DNA from: a virus | Lineage: Duplodnaviria > Caudoviricetes | Virus record (IMG/VR): IMGVR_UViG_3300032312_001474 | Span: 1 to 25,196 of that record | Length of the DNA: 25,196 nt | Reading direction: 5' to 3' (one strand) | The notes under the pieces: generated by a model | Database searches by the model: none | Told to the model about the DNA's origin: nothing | The model's input: only the letters and a program-made list of their open reading frames with translations | Part shown: piece after piece, positions 1 to 8,043 of the stretch | How positions within the stretch are numbered: the stretch's first letter is position 1 | Layout: each line of letters opens with the position of its first letter | Translations under genes and position numbers: made by a program

Positions 1-1
1 C

Positions 2-439
2 CCAGGCTCGTTGAGTCTTGGGGGCTTTCCATTCTTCCAGAATCCAGGAACTAGAGTTAGCTTTGTCCTCGCCACCTACACCAAACACAAACTCTACATC
101 ATCAAATATCATTTCTGGAATGTTATCTTTGGTCCTATCACCGCCATTGGCAAAAATAATTTCATCGTTGGGATATTTTTCTCGTACCTGGCGTATGGCA
201 TCGATGCTGGACCCATCGTCATCATTGAACTCAATGACTTCGTCGACCATGTGTAGATTATTCAACACTGTCATGCGCTCACGCCAGGTCATAAAAGGAC
301 GACCTTTTTTGCGAGTAAGCCACGCATCAGAATTTAACCCCACAACCAGATGTTCACCCAGATGATCAGCGTGATTGAGATAAGAGATATGACCAGAATG
401 TACAGGGTCAAAACCCCCAGTTACCAATACAATTTTCAT
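2..439 (-). CDS. Cytidylyltransferase-like nucleotidyltransferase (TagD/RfaE-II family), probably fused to a C-terminal cupin; runs off the window edge
   Basis: Not in the ORF track because it is truncated. Manual translation from ATG 439: MKIVLVTGGFDPVHSGHISYLNHADHLGEHLVVGLNSDAWLTRKKGRPFM...FANGGDR...NSSSWILEEWKAPKTQRAWG. GGFDPxHxGH and VVGLNSD are hallmark HxGH-transferase motifs. The final T-x-R-x-WG resembles the start of type II mannose-6-phosphate isomerase cupins. Confidence 0.88.
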   Translation of the reverse strand, partial: MKIVLVTGGFDPVHSGHISYLNHADHLGEHLVVGLNSDAWLTRKKGRPFMTWRERMTVLNNLHMVDEVIEFNDDDGSSIDAIRQVREKYPNDEIIFANGGDRTKDNIPEMIFDDVEFVFGVGGEDKANSSSWILEEWKAPKTQRAW

Positions 440-478
440 GTTTGTATTTAAACACACGCAATCAGGGGCTTAGTTTTC

Positions 479-931
479 TCAAACTTGAATATCTTCCATG
501 CCAGCAGCCCGTAGTCTGACAATATGGCCCAGCATGAAGTTTTTGCTTTCCAGCGCCTTCATCACGCCCAGCCAACGATTTCGCAGCAGGGCCACTTCAT
601 TGATAATGGTTTCAAAATCAATCACTTCGTCTTCGCCGTCCACATACTTTTCAGCATCTCTGCTGCTGAGAGCACGATTGTAGCCTTCCAGATATTTTTG
701 AAAGTGCTTGCGACGAATCTTGCGCAACTGAATGTTCAGCAGGTTCAACACAGCTTCTACTTCTTGAAGTTGATAGAATCTCTGCTCAGTTATGCCCGGA
801 AGTAGCTTGAGATTGTTCTCAACGATGCCGCCAATTCGGCAATCTCGTTTGGCATTGTTGAGTTCATTATCATAGTGTGCCATGAAATCTGGGATCTTGC
901 CCAGATCTGCTGCCACTTGACTATACCACAT
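479..931 (-). CDS. uvsY: UvsY-like recombination mediator protein
   Basis: 150-aa helical protein with a YLEGYNRALSSRDAEKYVDGE segment typical of UvsY homologues; sits in the gp32-uvsX cluster. Confidence 0.8.
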   Translation of the reverse strand: MWYSQVAADLGKIPDFMAHYDNELNNAKRDCRIGGIVENNLKLLPGITEQRFYQLQEVEAVLNLLNIQLRKIRRKHFQKYLEGYNRALSSRDAEKYVDGEDEVIDFETIINEVALLRNRWLGVMKALESKNFMLGHIVRLRAAGMEDIQV

Positions 932-1200
932 CAGTTTTCCCAGTCGTCGTCTTCAGTGGTATCACTGTCTTCATCCAGTTCGTCATCTTCAGAATCTGCA
1001 TAGTCTCGATCATTGTCAAGATACACAGTAAGAGCACGTTTGATATCAGCATCGCCCTTGAAGGCTGCGCGGATATCTTCCACATCAGAATCATTGTCAA
1101 TCAAGATTGCAACCACAGCTTCTGCTGCTTCGTCACGATCCACAGTGTTGACATAACGCTTGAGTTCACCCCAAATTTCACTTGCTACTGTTTCGCTCAT
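931..1200 (-). CDS. Small, highly acidic hypothetical protein
   Basis: 89 aa with a D/E-rich C-terminal tail (DSEDDELDEDSDTTEDDDWEN). Start overlaps the uvsX stop and stop overlaps the uvsY start, consistent with translational coupling. Confidence 0.8.
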   Translation of the reverse strand: MSETVASEIWGELKRYVNTVDRDEAAEAVVAILIDNDSDVEDIRAAFKGDADIKRALTVYLDNDRDYADSEDDELDEDSDTTEDDDWEN

Positions 1201-2258
1201 TCTGCATCTCCTTCTTCTGCCACAGCGACCTCATCTTTGATTTTGGCAAAATCTGCCATGACCTTGTCAAGACAGCCGTCTTCGTTGGCTTCCCAGGCCT
1301 TGCGAAAATACTTGATAATTTCGCCTGTGTCCTGCGTAGTGAATGCCAGTCGATTGCCATCCTTTTTAAGGATACCTTTTTTCTCAGCCAGGTCAACCAG
1401 GCCTGAGTATGGGCTCATGCCCGTGGTATACGGAATCTTGACCTGTACACCTTCAAAAGGTTTGGCATAACGAGTCTTCATGATCTTGCAACTGGCACGG
1501 ATACCGTTGACCTCACTTACCTTGTTGCCGTCTTCATCTTCTTTGAGCTTGAGTTTCTTCATGGCAACCACGATACTGCTGGCGTAGATAAAGCCTTGAC
1601 CACCCGAGATCTTGTCATCTGGATCAAACATGTCCTGACTAGCATATGTGTGATTGGTACAGACCAAGCCCACATTGTAGCTGCCAAACATGTTGACACA
1701 GTTACGAACCAGGGCTGTGAGTGCCTTGGGCTTGCGACCCAGGTCACCTTTCATTTCGCCTGCTTCAAACTGGTTGACGTCTGTGGGTGTCAACAACATG
1801 CCTAAGCTGTCAATCACAAACATGACCTTGGGCCGCTCGCCTTCGGGCAGGGCCTTGTAGTCGCTCATGAATGTTGAAATTGTTTTGGCCACATCGTCAA
1901 TCATGGCCATGCTCAGTTTCAGCAGTTTGTCCTGGCTGGTGTCTACCCCCAGAGCCTGCAACCATGCTTCGTCCAGAGCGTTTTCGCTGTCGACCAAGAC
2001 CACATAGATGCCTTGTTGTTGTGCGTTCTTGATAATGTTGCCGGAGCAGATATAACTCTTGCCTGCACCCGATTCGCCGGCAAACACAGTGACCTTGCCC
2101 AGGGGAATGCCTTTGTTGAAGTCTCCTGAGATCAGATAGTTCAAGGCATAGTTGCCTGTGCTTACCCAGTCTGTGGGATCATTGAAGCCAATGCTGAGTC
2201 CTTCGATACTCTTTGTAATTTCCTTGCGGAACTTGCTTACGTCAAATGCTTTTGCCAT
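1197..2258 (-). CDS. uvsX: RecA-like recombinase (UvsX)
   Basis: Walker A GESGAGKS, DSENALD, Walker B VMFVIDSLG, TNHTY and SGGQG motifs; 353 aa; AAGGA-type SD upstream. Confidence 0.95.
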   Translation of the reverse strand: MAKAFDVSKFRKEITKSIEGLSIGFNDPTDWVSTGNYALNYLISGDFNKGIPLGKVTVFAGESGAGKSYICSGNIIKNAQQQGIYVVLVDSENALDEAWLQALGVDTSQDKLLKLSMAMIDDVAKTISTFMSDYKALPEGERPKVMFVIDSLGMLLTPTDVNQFEAGEMKGDLGRKPKALTALVRNCVNMFGSYNVGLVCTNHTYASQDMFDPDDKISGGQGFIYASSIVVAMKKLKLKEDEDGNKVSEVNGIRASCKIMKTRYAKPFEGVQVKIPYTTGMSPYSGLVDLAEKKGILKKDGNRLAFTTQDTGEIIKYFRKAWEANEDGCLDKVMADFAKIKDEVAVAEEGDAE

Positions 2259-2259
2259 G

Positions 2260-3171
2260 TTAATTTCCTTGTTGTAATTTAGTTAATAATAAATTATTTT
2301 GATCTAAAATGCAATTATTAGTTTGCCAATTTAGCTGCTTTGGATTGTAATTCTGAGTCTCGCACACCTTGGCAATCACTAGTGCTTTTTCCCATGTTTC
2401 TAATACAACCGATATTTGAATTGAATTGACTATATTATTGTGTACTTTTTTTATTTTTTCTAGCCAGGCCAAGTGATCTTTATTCGCTTGCAACATCGCT
2501 GAATGAAAATTATCACTGCGGCGCTGATCCCACTTCCAGGACATTCGATCAGAAATATTTTCAAGTTCTTGTGTGTTTTTTACAAAATAATTACTTAAAT
2601 TATACACAGGTGCATCAAAAGCAGGACGATAAGGCTGAACCAACATATCAAAATATGTCTGCGTTAAAAATTCCAATAGATCAGATTCAGTTGTCAATGT
2701 TCTGTTAGGCTGCTGATATGTGCTACGAAGTTCTTGTTGCATAAAATTAGGTAGCATACCAATCTCATCAAATGATTTGCATTCTGGCCAATCTGGCCAA
2801 TCTGGTTCGCGCACAGCATCGTAATACTTTGTCCAATCATCTTCAATTGTAATTTCTCTTTTAAAGAATTTATCCCAATTCAGCAATCTTGGCACATCAT
2901 TATGCGACTTGTAATACGACATTCTGTGTTGCAGTACTAAAAACCACTCATCGGATCTAAGTTGTAAGATGCACCGCACTGCTGAATTTGGATGTTCAAC
3001 AAGATGTATTGCTGTAAACTCTGTATTATTGACCTTAGAAATATTATGTGCGTTGCCCGATGCTGAGAAAAAATTTTCTAAATTCAATTCTACCTTGTTA
3101 CAAGAATAGAGAACATGGACCAATATTGTATTGCCCATGCCTCCACTTCTATAATCTACACAGTATGTCAA
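2260..3171 (-). CDS. Hypothetical protein in an AT-rich insertion between gp32 and uvsX
   Basis: 303-aa ORF that fills the gap exactly (TTG directly after the gp32 TAA; alternative ATG at 3138). Visibly more AT-rich than its flanks; carries GGMGN and YxxVRxPDWP motifs. Confidence 0.75.
   Translation of the reverse strand: MTYCVDYRSGGMGNTILVHVLYSCNKVELNLENFFSASGNAHNISKVNNTEFTAIHLVEHPNSAVRCILQLRSDEWFLVLQHRMSYYKSHNDVPRLLNWDKFFKREITIEDDWTKYYDAVREPDWPDWPECKSFDEIGMLPNFMQQELRSTYQQPNRTLTTESDLLEFLTQTYFDMLVQPYRPAFDAPVYNLSNYFVKNTQELENISDRMSWKWDQRRSDNFHSAMLQANKDHLAWLEKIKKVHNNIVNSIQISVVLETWEKALVIAKVCETQNYNPKQLNWQTNNCILDQNNLLLTKLQQGN
2783..2805. repeat. 9-bp in-frame tandem duplication (TCTGGCCAA x2 + TCTGG), giving PDWPDWP
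   Basis: Read directly: tctggccaa tctggccaa tctgg. Confidence 0.8.
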
Positions 3172-4152
3172 TTACTTCTGCTGACGACTACGAATCATGG
3201 CCAAGATGTCTTCGGCTTTCTGCGGTGTCTTTGGGGCAACAACCGGCTCGGCAGCAAAAGATTTTTCTGCTACAGCAATATCTTCGTCAAAGTCCGCAAC
3301 AGGTGCGGGTGCTGAACGTGCAGACGGCGCTGGCAAATCTTCAGCGGCTGTGCCACCTGGTGCGTTGACACCAGCAGGGCGGAAGTATTGACCCCAACGC
3401 TCTGTATCGTAGGGTTGACCATCTACACTTGCTTCAAACATTTCCTTGATTACCCGGAGCTCAACTGCTCCGGGCTTCTTGGGCAAAAATGTGCTGAGAT
3501 CATACAGGCCGTGTGTGGTCACTGCTGCTTGTTCAGCTGCTGTCAAGGCCGACTCTTTACGAGCCCACTTGGATGTGTTGTAGTCTGCATATCCGCCTTT
3601 GCTGGTTTTAGCAATACGGAAGTCCAGGCCACGCAATAGGTCAGTTGGCAATTCTTCCAGTTCAGGATCCATCAAGGCACCCTTGATCAAGGTAAACAAC
3701 TGAGGTCCAATGATGAACTTGCGGATTGGATTTTCTGGTGTCTTGTCGTCAGCAATTGGGTTTTCACGTACAAAGCCCTGGAAGATGTAGCTGCGCTTTT
3801 TCCAGTACTTGCGACCCATTTCTTCAAGACTCTTGTCCTTGAACCAGGTACGTACTTCGGCCAAGATTGGGCAAGCATCGCCCCACATCTCCACGCATGG
3901 CACCTGCACCATGACTTGTTTACTATCCATCTCACCTTTGACGCCATTGAATGGCAGTCGAATCATGGCTCGTTCTGCCCAAAAGAATGTGTTTTTTGTG
4001 TTGCCGTCTGGCAGGAAGCGGAGTACAGCTTCTTTGCCTTCTTCCATGTTCCAGTGAGGATAAATTGATCGGTCGCCTCCACCAGTGGATTGACTACCTT
4101 TGTTGTTGTCTGCGGCCTGTAGCCGTGCTCGGATTTCTGCTAGTGATGCCAT
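3172..4152 (-). CDS. gp32: T4 gp32-like single-stranded DNA-binding protein
   Basis: LRFLPD, C-x6-CPI Zn-ligand region, YWKKRSY, G-x-DFRI-x-K and YxxSKW motifs; acidic/Ala-Pro C-terminal linker; clustered with uvsX/uvsY. Confidence 0.92.
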   Translation of the reverse strand: MASLAEIRARLQAADNNKGSQSTGGGDRSIYPHWNMEEGKEAVLRFLPDGNTKNTFFWAERAMIRLPFNGVKGEMDSKQVMVQVPCVEMWGDACPILAEVRTWFKDKSLEEMGRKYWKKRSYIFQGFVRENPIADDKTPENPIRKFIIGPQLFTLIKGALMDPELEELPTDLLRGLDFRIAKTSKGGYADYNTSKWARKESALTAAEQAAVTTHGLYDLSTFLPKKPGAVELRVIKEMFEASVDGQPYDTERWGQYFRPAGVNAPGGTAAEDLPAPSARSAPAPVADFDEDIAVAEKSFAAEPVVAPKTPQKAEDILAMIRSRQQK

Positions 4153-4354
4153 ATTGTGTTGCCTTTCTTGTGCGTTAATATGATTTAAAAATTTAAGATC
4201 TACTTAAATGTTGCCTACAAGTTATTATAACACAGCTTGTCTGTGTTTCCTACCACCAAAGGTAGCGAACTTTGCCTATCTAGTTGTTTAGGAAAATGTG
4301 TGCCACTGCACACCTTTCTTTGTTTTATTTAGTTGCGTTGGCACCAAAGATAAA
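4153..4354 (-). promoter_or_regulatory. Structured gp32 leader: TAAATA box (4326-4331), extended -10 TGTTATAAT (4224-4232), four hairpins, AGGCAA repeats
   Basis: Inverted repeats at 4191-4209, 4229-4247, 4250-4265 and 4298-4313. AGGCAA on the minus strand at 4159-4164, 4211-4216 and 4272-4277. Confidence 0.65.
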
Positions 4355-4996
4355 CTATCTTTGCCTGATTTCGATATAATAGATTTGAGTGTAGTGATTG
4401 GGCGTGTAGTGGGCTGGACTATCAAAAACGTCTGTGATCTCCAGACCAGCGGATTCTATGTATGCTGCAAAGTCTTTTTCTCGATTTAGAGAGCCGGCCT
4501 GGTTCTCCTGCAGCAGGATAACCCCGTCGGGTGCCAGATGCTGTCCAATGTTTTCAAAGAACTCCTGATGTGCCAGCCAATTCTGATCTACAGCTATACG
4601 CTGATAATGGTCGTTGCCTGGACATGCAAGAAAGTGTGGAGGATTGGCCACAACCAGATTGAACATTTCGTCATCGGGCAATCCCCCAACTGTGCCTGTT
4701 GCGTAGGCACTGACATTGGTCAACTGATGTAGTTTTACAGTTTCTTGAACTCGCACAATTGCATCTGGATAGATGTCGCTCACACACAAACTGCTGCATA
4801 GCCCATGATCCAACAAACTGAATCCTATAAAAGCTGGTCCAGAGCACCATTCATAGCAGCGTTCAAATGTCTGTCCGGAATAACGCTGTTGAACAATATC
4901 TATGTATTCTTGTCCAAACCAGGTTCCGCCGCCGTCCATCCAACTGTCATGCTGCACTCGATATCGATTCGGGCCTGTGGTAACAAAATCCATCAC
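4355..4996 (-). CDS. Class I SAM-dependent methyltransferase (HemK/PrmC/MTS-like)
   Basis: Motif I-like EWCSGPAFIG, acidic SDI after beta2, VVANPPHF (NPP motif IV) and HLAPDGVILL. Confidence 0.85.
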   Translation of the reverse strand: MMDFVTTGPNRYRVQHDSWMDGGGTWFGQEYIDIVQQRYSGQTFERCYEWCSGPAFIGFSLLDHGLCSSLCVSDIYPDAIVRVQETVKLHQLTNVSAYATGTVGGLPDDEMFNLVVANPPHFLACPGNDHYQRIAVDQNWLAHQEFFENIGQHLAPDGVILLQENQAGSLNREKDFAAYIESAGLEITDVFDSPAHYTPNHYTQIYYIEIRQR

Positions 4997-5754
4997 AGTC
5001 TCCTTGGCCTATTGGGCTCTCGCCATTCCAGCAGATGATCTGCTGCTTGTTGATTGCACACTGCCATCCAGTCCAGAGTAGATTGACTCAGCAGACCCGG
5101 TGCAACTTTTTGCAAATACTCCACGTGCTCTGCAGGAGTGGGATGAAAGTCTCTTTGCTTTGGATCAAAGCTGCAGTTGATACCAGGGCGTGATTTCCAG
5201 GTGCCGCCAAACACTGTGTCAAGCACACTGGGCCCAATCAGATCCAAAATGTTTTTGTAGAGTTCCTGAACATCTTGATTTTCTTGTCTGGCATCGTCGG
5301 GGTTGTAGCCTAGACCAGCATCTTCGTTGGTGCTTGCAAACGGAACCATGCTCAAGAATTTATACTTGCAACCCCAATGATCCAGTAGCTGTTTGGCTGC
5401 TGCAATATTGGCAAGATCTCTGATCAAGTATCCACGTTCGCATGCAAATTTCTTTACGTATTCTGCAGGCAGCGAGCTTCCGGCTGACCAATACACATTG
5501 CCGCCTTCCAGCCAACGCTCACCAACATAACGATCTTCTCTGCTGGTATTGGTCCACATGATCCAGACTTCGTCACTGGGATTCAATTGGTTGCGCTGGT
5601 TGCATTCAATCAGGCTCCAGAGTATGTAGCTGTTGCCGGCGCCGCATAGACCCCAATTTTCAAAGTGATCAAATTCTCGACCCAGAGCATCTGCCCAGGT
5701 TGGCCAGCGCCAGTACTGTGTAAAACTACATCCCAGTGTAAAAAGTCTAGACAT
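4993..5754 (-). CDS. Hypothetical protein, SGNH/GDSL-hydrolase-like
   Basis: Start more likely at ATG 5754 (MSRLFTLGCSFT), overlapping the upstream stop, than at 5886. GCSFT resembles block I, NWGLCGAGN block II and DFHP block V. Confidence 0.65.
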   Translation of the reverse strand: MSRLFTLGCSFTQYWRWPTWADALGREFDHFENWGLCGAGNSYILWSLIECNQRNQLNPSDEVWIMWTNTSREDRYVGERWLEGGNVYWSAGSSLPAEYVKKFACERGYLIRDLANIAAAKQLLDHWGCKYKFLSMVPFASTNEDAGLGYNPDDARQENQDVQELYKNILDLIGPSVLDTVFGGTWKSRPGINCSFDPKQRDFHPTPAEHVEYLQKVAPGLLSQSTLDWMAVCNQQAADHLLEWREPNRPRRL

Positions 5755-6586
5755 GGTGTTTTCCAAAATTTTCCAATGATTTCCAGTGCTGCTCGTCCAC
5801 TGGCAGTTGTTGTTCGAACCAGCTTTTTTCTGTGTTCCAATCTTTGATCGACGAGTGTTCAAAATTACTGGCCACGCAACGACCAATTGGCAATGGTGTA
5901 TGATAGTATCTATGCCTAAACACTTCTATCAATTGAAATTCGCTCATGATCATGGTCTGGGATTCTGGGTCAAATGCCACCAATCTAGCTGTTTCAAACA
6001 GATCAAGATGCAAATCAAATAGCGATTGGCCGTGCAAAGATTCCACATGTGCTCTTAGGCCTTGCAGTAGATCTCGTTGTAGAAGTCTGAAGGGTACTGA
6101 GCTTAGACACCAGTATTCATCTTTGTTGACTACCCAGGGCTGGTCGGTTCCAAGCATGAATTCAGCATACAACCGATTGCCCACAGTGATTGGATCCGGT
6201 GTGCTGCTGACCGTTGCACTGACAGCGTCAAGTCTGATATCTTGCGTGAATACCACATCAGCATCTACCAACAACCAACGATCACCGGTGACAAATTGAT
6301 CTAGATAAAGTTTGACCAGCTGTTGTCTGAACCAACCTCCAGTCTTGACCCGATTCTGTCCAGCAAAATCACTGAACAGATGGAACGTGATGTCAAGATT
6401 GGGAAAACACTGTGTGATGTACAGCTGACAATCGTTCACATATGTGGGCCAGTGTTGAATATCAAAGTCATCAATGATGATATCAATAGGGAAGCCTGCT
6501 GCATACTGTTGTGTGCTGCGCAGGCATCGAATCTGAGAGAAAAAGTATCCTGGAAAGGTTGTTAATACAATACGGTCAATGTTCAC
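5747..6586 (-). CDS. Putative GT-A glycosyltransferase (DUF6492-like)
   Basis: GWFRQQLVKL followed by WLLVDADVVF (DxD motif) and a later SEFQL; GTG start 4 nt after a TAAGTA box. Confidence 0.65.
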   Translation of the reverse strand: MNIDRIVLTTFPGYFFSQIRCLRSTQQYAAGFPIDIIIDDFDIQHWPTYVNDCQLYITQCFPNLDITFHLFSDFAGQNRVKTGGWFRQQLVKLYLDQFVTGDRWLLVDADVVFTQDIRLDAVSATVSSTPDPITVGNRLYAEFMLGTDQPWVVNKDEYWCLSSVPFRLLQRDLLQGLRAHVESLHGQSLFDLHLDLFETARLVAFDPESQTMIMSEFQLIEVFRHRYYHTPLPIGRCVASNFEHSSIKDWNTEKSWFEQQLPVDEQHWKSLENFGKHHV

Positions 6587-6609
6587 ACATTACTTACCAT
6601 GCTTGTGTG

Positions 6610-8031
6610 TTACCTGAACAAACCTGCTAGTTTGCGCATGCGATCAATGTTTTCTGCCACAGGAGTCTGTGTCTGGTCTGCTGGAGCAACAGGTGGTGCA
6701 GCAGCCGGTGCTGGTTGAGGCGCAGCGGCAGCCTGTGCCTGTGCTTCCAGATTTTGAGACAATTCGGCAATCTCGGCAAACCCATCTCGATTGCGATCAA
6801 TCCAGGCCATGACCACAGGAACAGCATCTGCTTCTGGATCTTCTTCGGCCAGTTCTATCAGTTGATCAAACAGGTTGTCATCTCCGATGTAGCCACCCAA
6901 CACATCTATGGCATCAGCTGCGTCTGGGCCCACTGGATGTGGTTCACTCAGCCACATCTTGAGCTGGTCCATTTTTTCTGGAGTGTCGGGCAGATTCCAG
7001 GTACCTTCTATCAATCTGGTTGCCCAGGATTCAAATATGTCTGCTTCTTTCATGGCTTTTGCCTCCTGTTGTATCTTTGCCAGCATGGGCAAGGCTGATT
7101 CTATTCTGGGATCAATGCGTGTTTCTGTAAACAAGCTCTTGAGATCTTCTACCACCATGTCAGTTTCTGAAATCTCAGCAGGTTTCCAGGATTCAAAATA
7201 CTGTGCGTACCCGCGATGGTTTGCAATGTTTTTTAGATTGCGATTGAGATTGTGATAGTATTCGTTGGTTTCTGCAATGAGATCAGCAGCAGCCCCTTCA
7301 AACACACGACCCTGGTGTGCTCGGCGAAACTGACTCAGAGTGGTAATTTGATTCACTGTTTCTGTAATGTGTTGTCCACGGAAATCATAGGGATTGCCGC
7401 CCTGGCGCACATGTTCCAGCATGGCTCGACCACCGGACAACTTGCGGAATGGCAGTCGAAAGCGTTCGCCCAGTGCAGTTTCAATAAACAAACTTTCCAC
7501 ATGGCGGAAACGAGCGTCGTTTTCGTCCAGCACTTTTGAATGTTTGATCATGAGTCTGGCTTCGGTTGCCAGTCCTGAATAGCTGACTCGACGTGTGCCG
7601 TAGAAACTTTCTGTCAGTGCTGCCTGTCCTGCAATGGCATACTTGAGACGGCTTATGTTTTCCAGGCTGAATCCACCACGCACCTTGCTGGTGCGGATGG
7701 CAAAATTTTTCAACTGTTCCAGAAAACCAGAATTGTCAGTTTCTGGATCACCGTACCAGGCTTTTTTGTCTTCTGGGTCCATGGTGCGACCAAGGTTGTC
7801 CCCAAAATACACTGTCATGCCGCCGGACTTGTCCAGCAAGATCACCATGGTTCCATAGTTCTTGCCAGTGGGGCCAACCCAGTCAAAACTAAACATATCT
7901 GCTTCATTTGCGTCAGGCACACCACGATCATTTACTGCGGGTTTGCCGGTCTTGGTGTCAAGTGCATTGACGTCAAAATCACGTGTGATTAGCAGATTGT
8001 TGAGTTCAGATGAGATTGAATTTTGTGCCAT
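6610..8031 (-). CDS. Hypothetical 473-aa protein, probable virion/head component
   Basis: Directly downstream of the large terminase with its own TAAATA box. Has LTE/MKE/IFE/LIE/VAE motifs, an Ala/Pro linker and the C-terminus IDRMRKLAGLFR. Confidence 0.75.
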   Translation of the reverse strand: MAQNSISSELNNLLITRDFDVNALDTKTGKPAVNDRGVPDANEADMFSFDWVGPTGKNYGTMVILLDKSGGMTVYFGDNLGRTMDPEDKKAWYGDPETDNSGFLEQLKNFAIRTSKVRGGFSLENISRLKYAIAGQAALTESFYGTRRVSYSGLATEARLMIKHSKVLDENDARFRHVESLFIETALGERFRLPFRKLSGGRAMLEHVRQGGNPYDFRGQHITETVNQITTLSQFRRAHQGRVFEGAAADLIAETNEYYHNLNRNLKNIANHRGYAQYFESWKPAEISETDMVVEDLKSLFTETRIDPRIESALPMLAKIQQEAKAMKEADIFESWATRLIEGTWNLPDTPEKMDQLKMWLSEPHPVGPDAADAIDVLGGYIGDDNLFDQLIELAEEDPEADAVPVVMAWIDRNRDGFAEIAELSQNLEAQAQAAAAPQPAPAAAPPVAPADQTQTPVAENIDRMRKLAGLFR

Positions 8032-8043
8032 GAAGTATTTACC

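Noticed and set aside
4153-4354. Mini-CRISPR array or tRNA in the gp32 upstream region
   Set aside because: Repeats are only 6-8 nt, and no cloverleaf, T-loop or CCA pattern is visible.
4355-4996. Methyltransferase as a DNA adenine methylase of a restriction-modification system
   Set aside because: It is short, lacks an evident target-recognition domain, has NPPH rather than (D/N)PPY and has no partner nuclease. A protein or small-molecule substrate is more likely, though DNA is not excluded.
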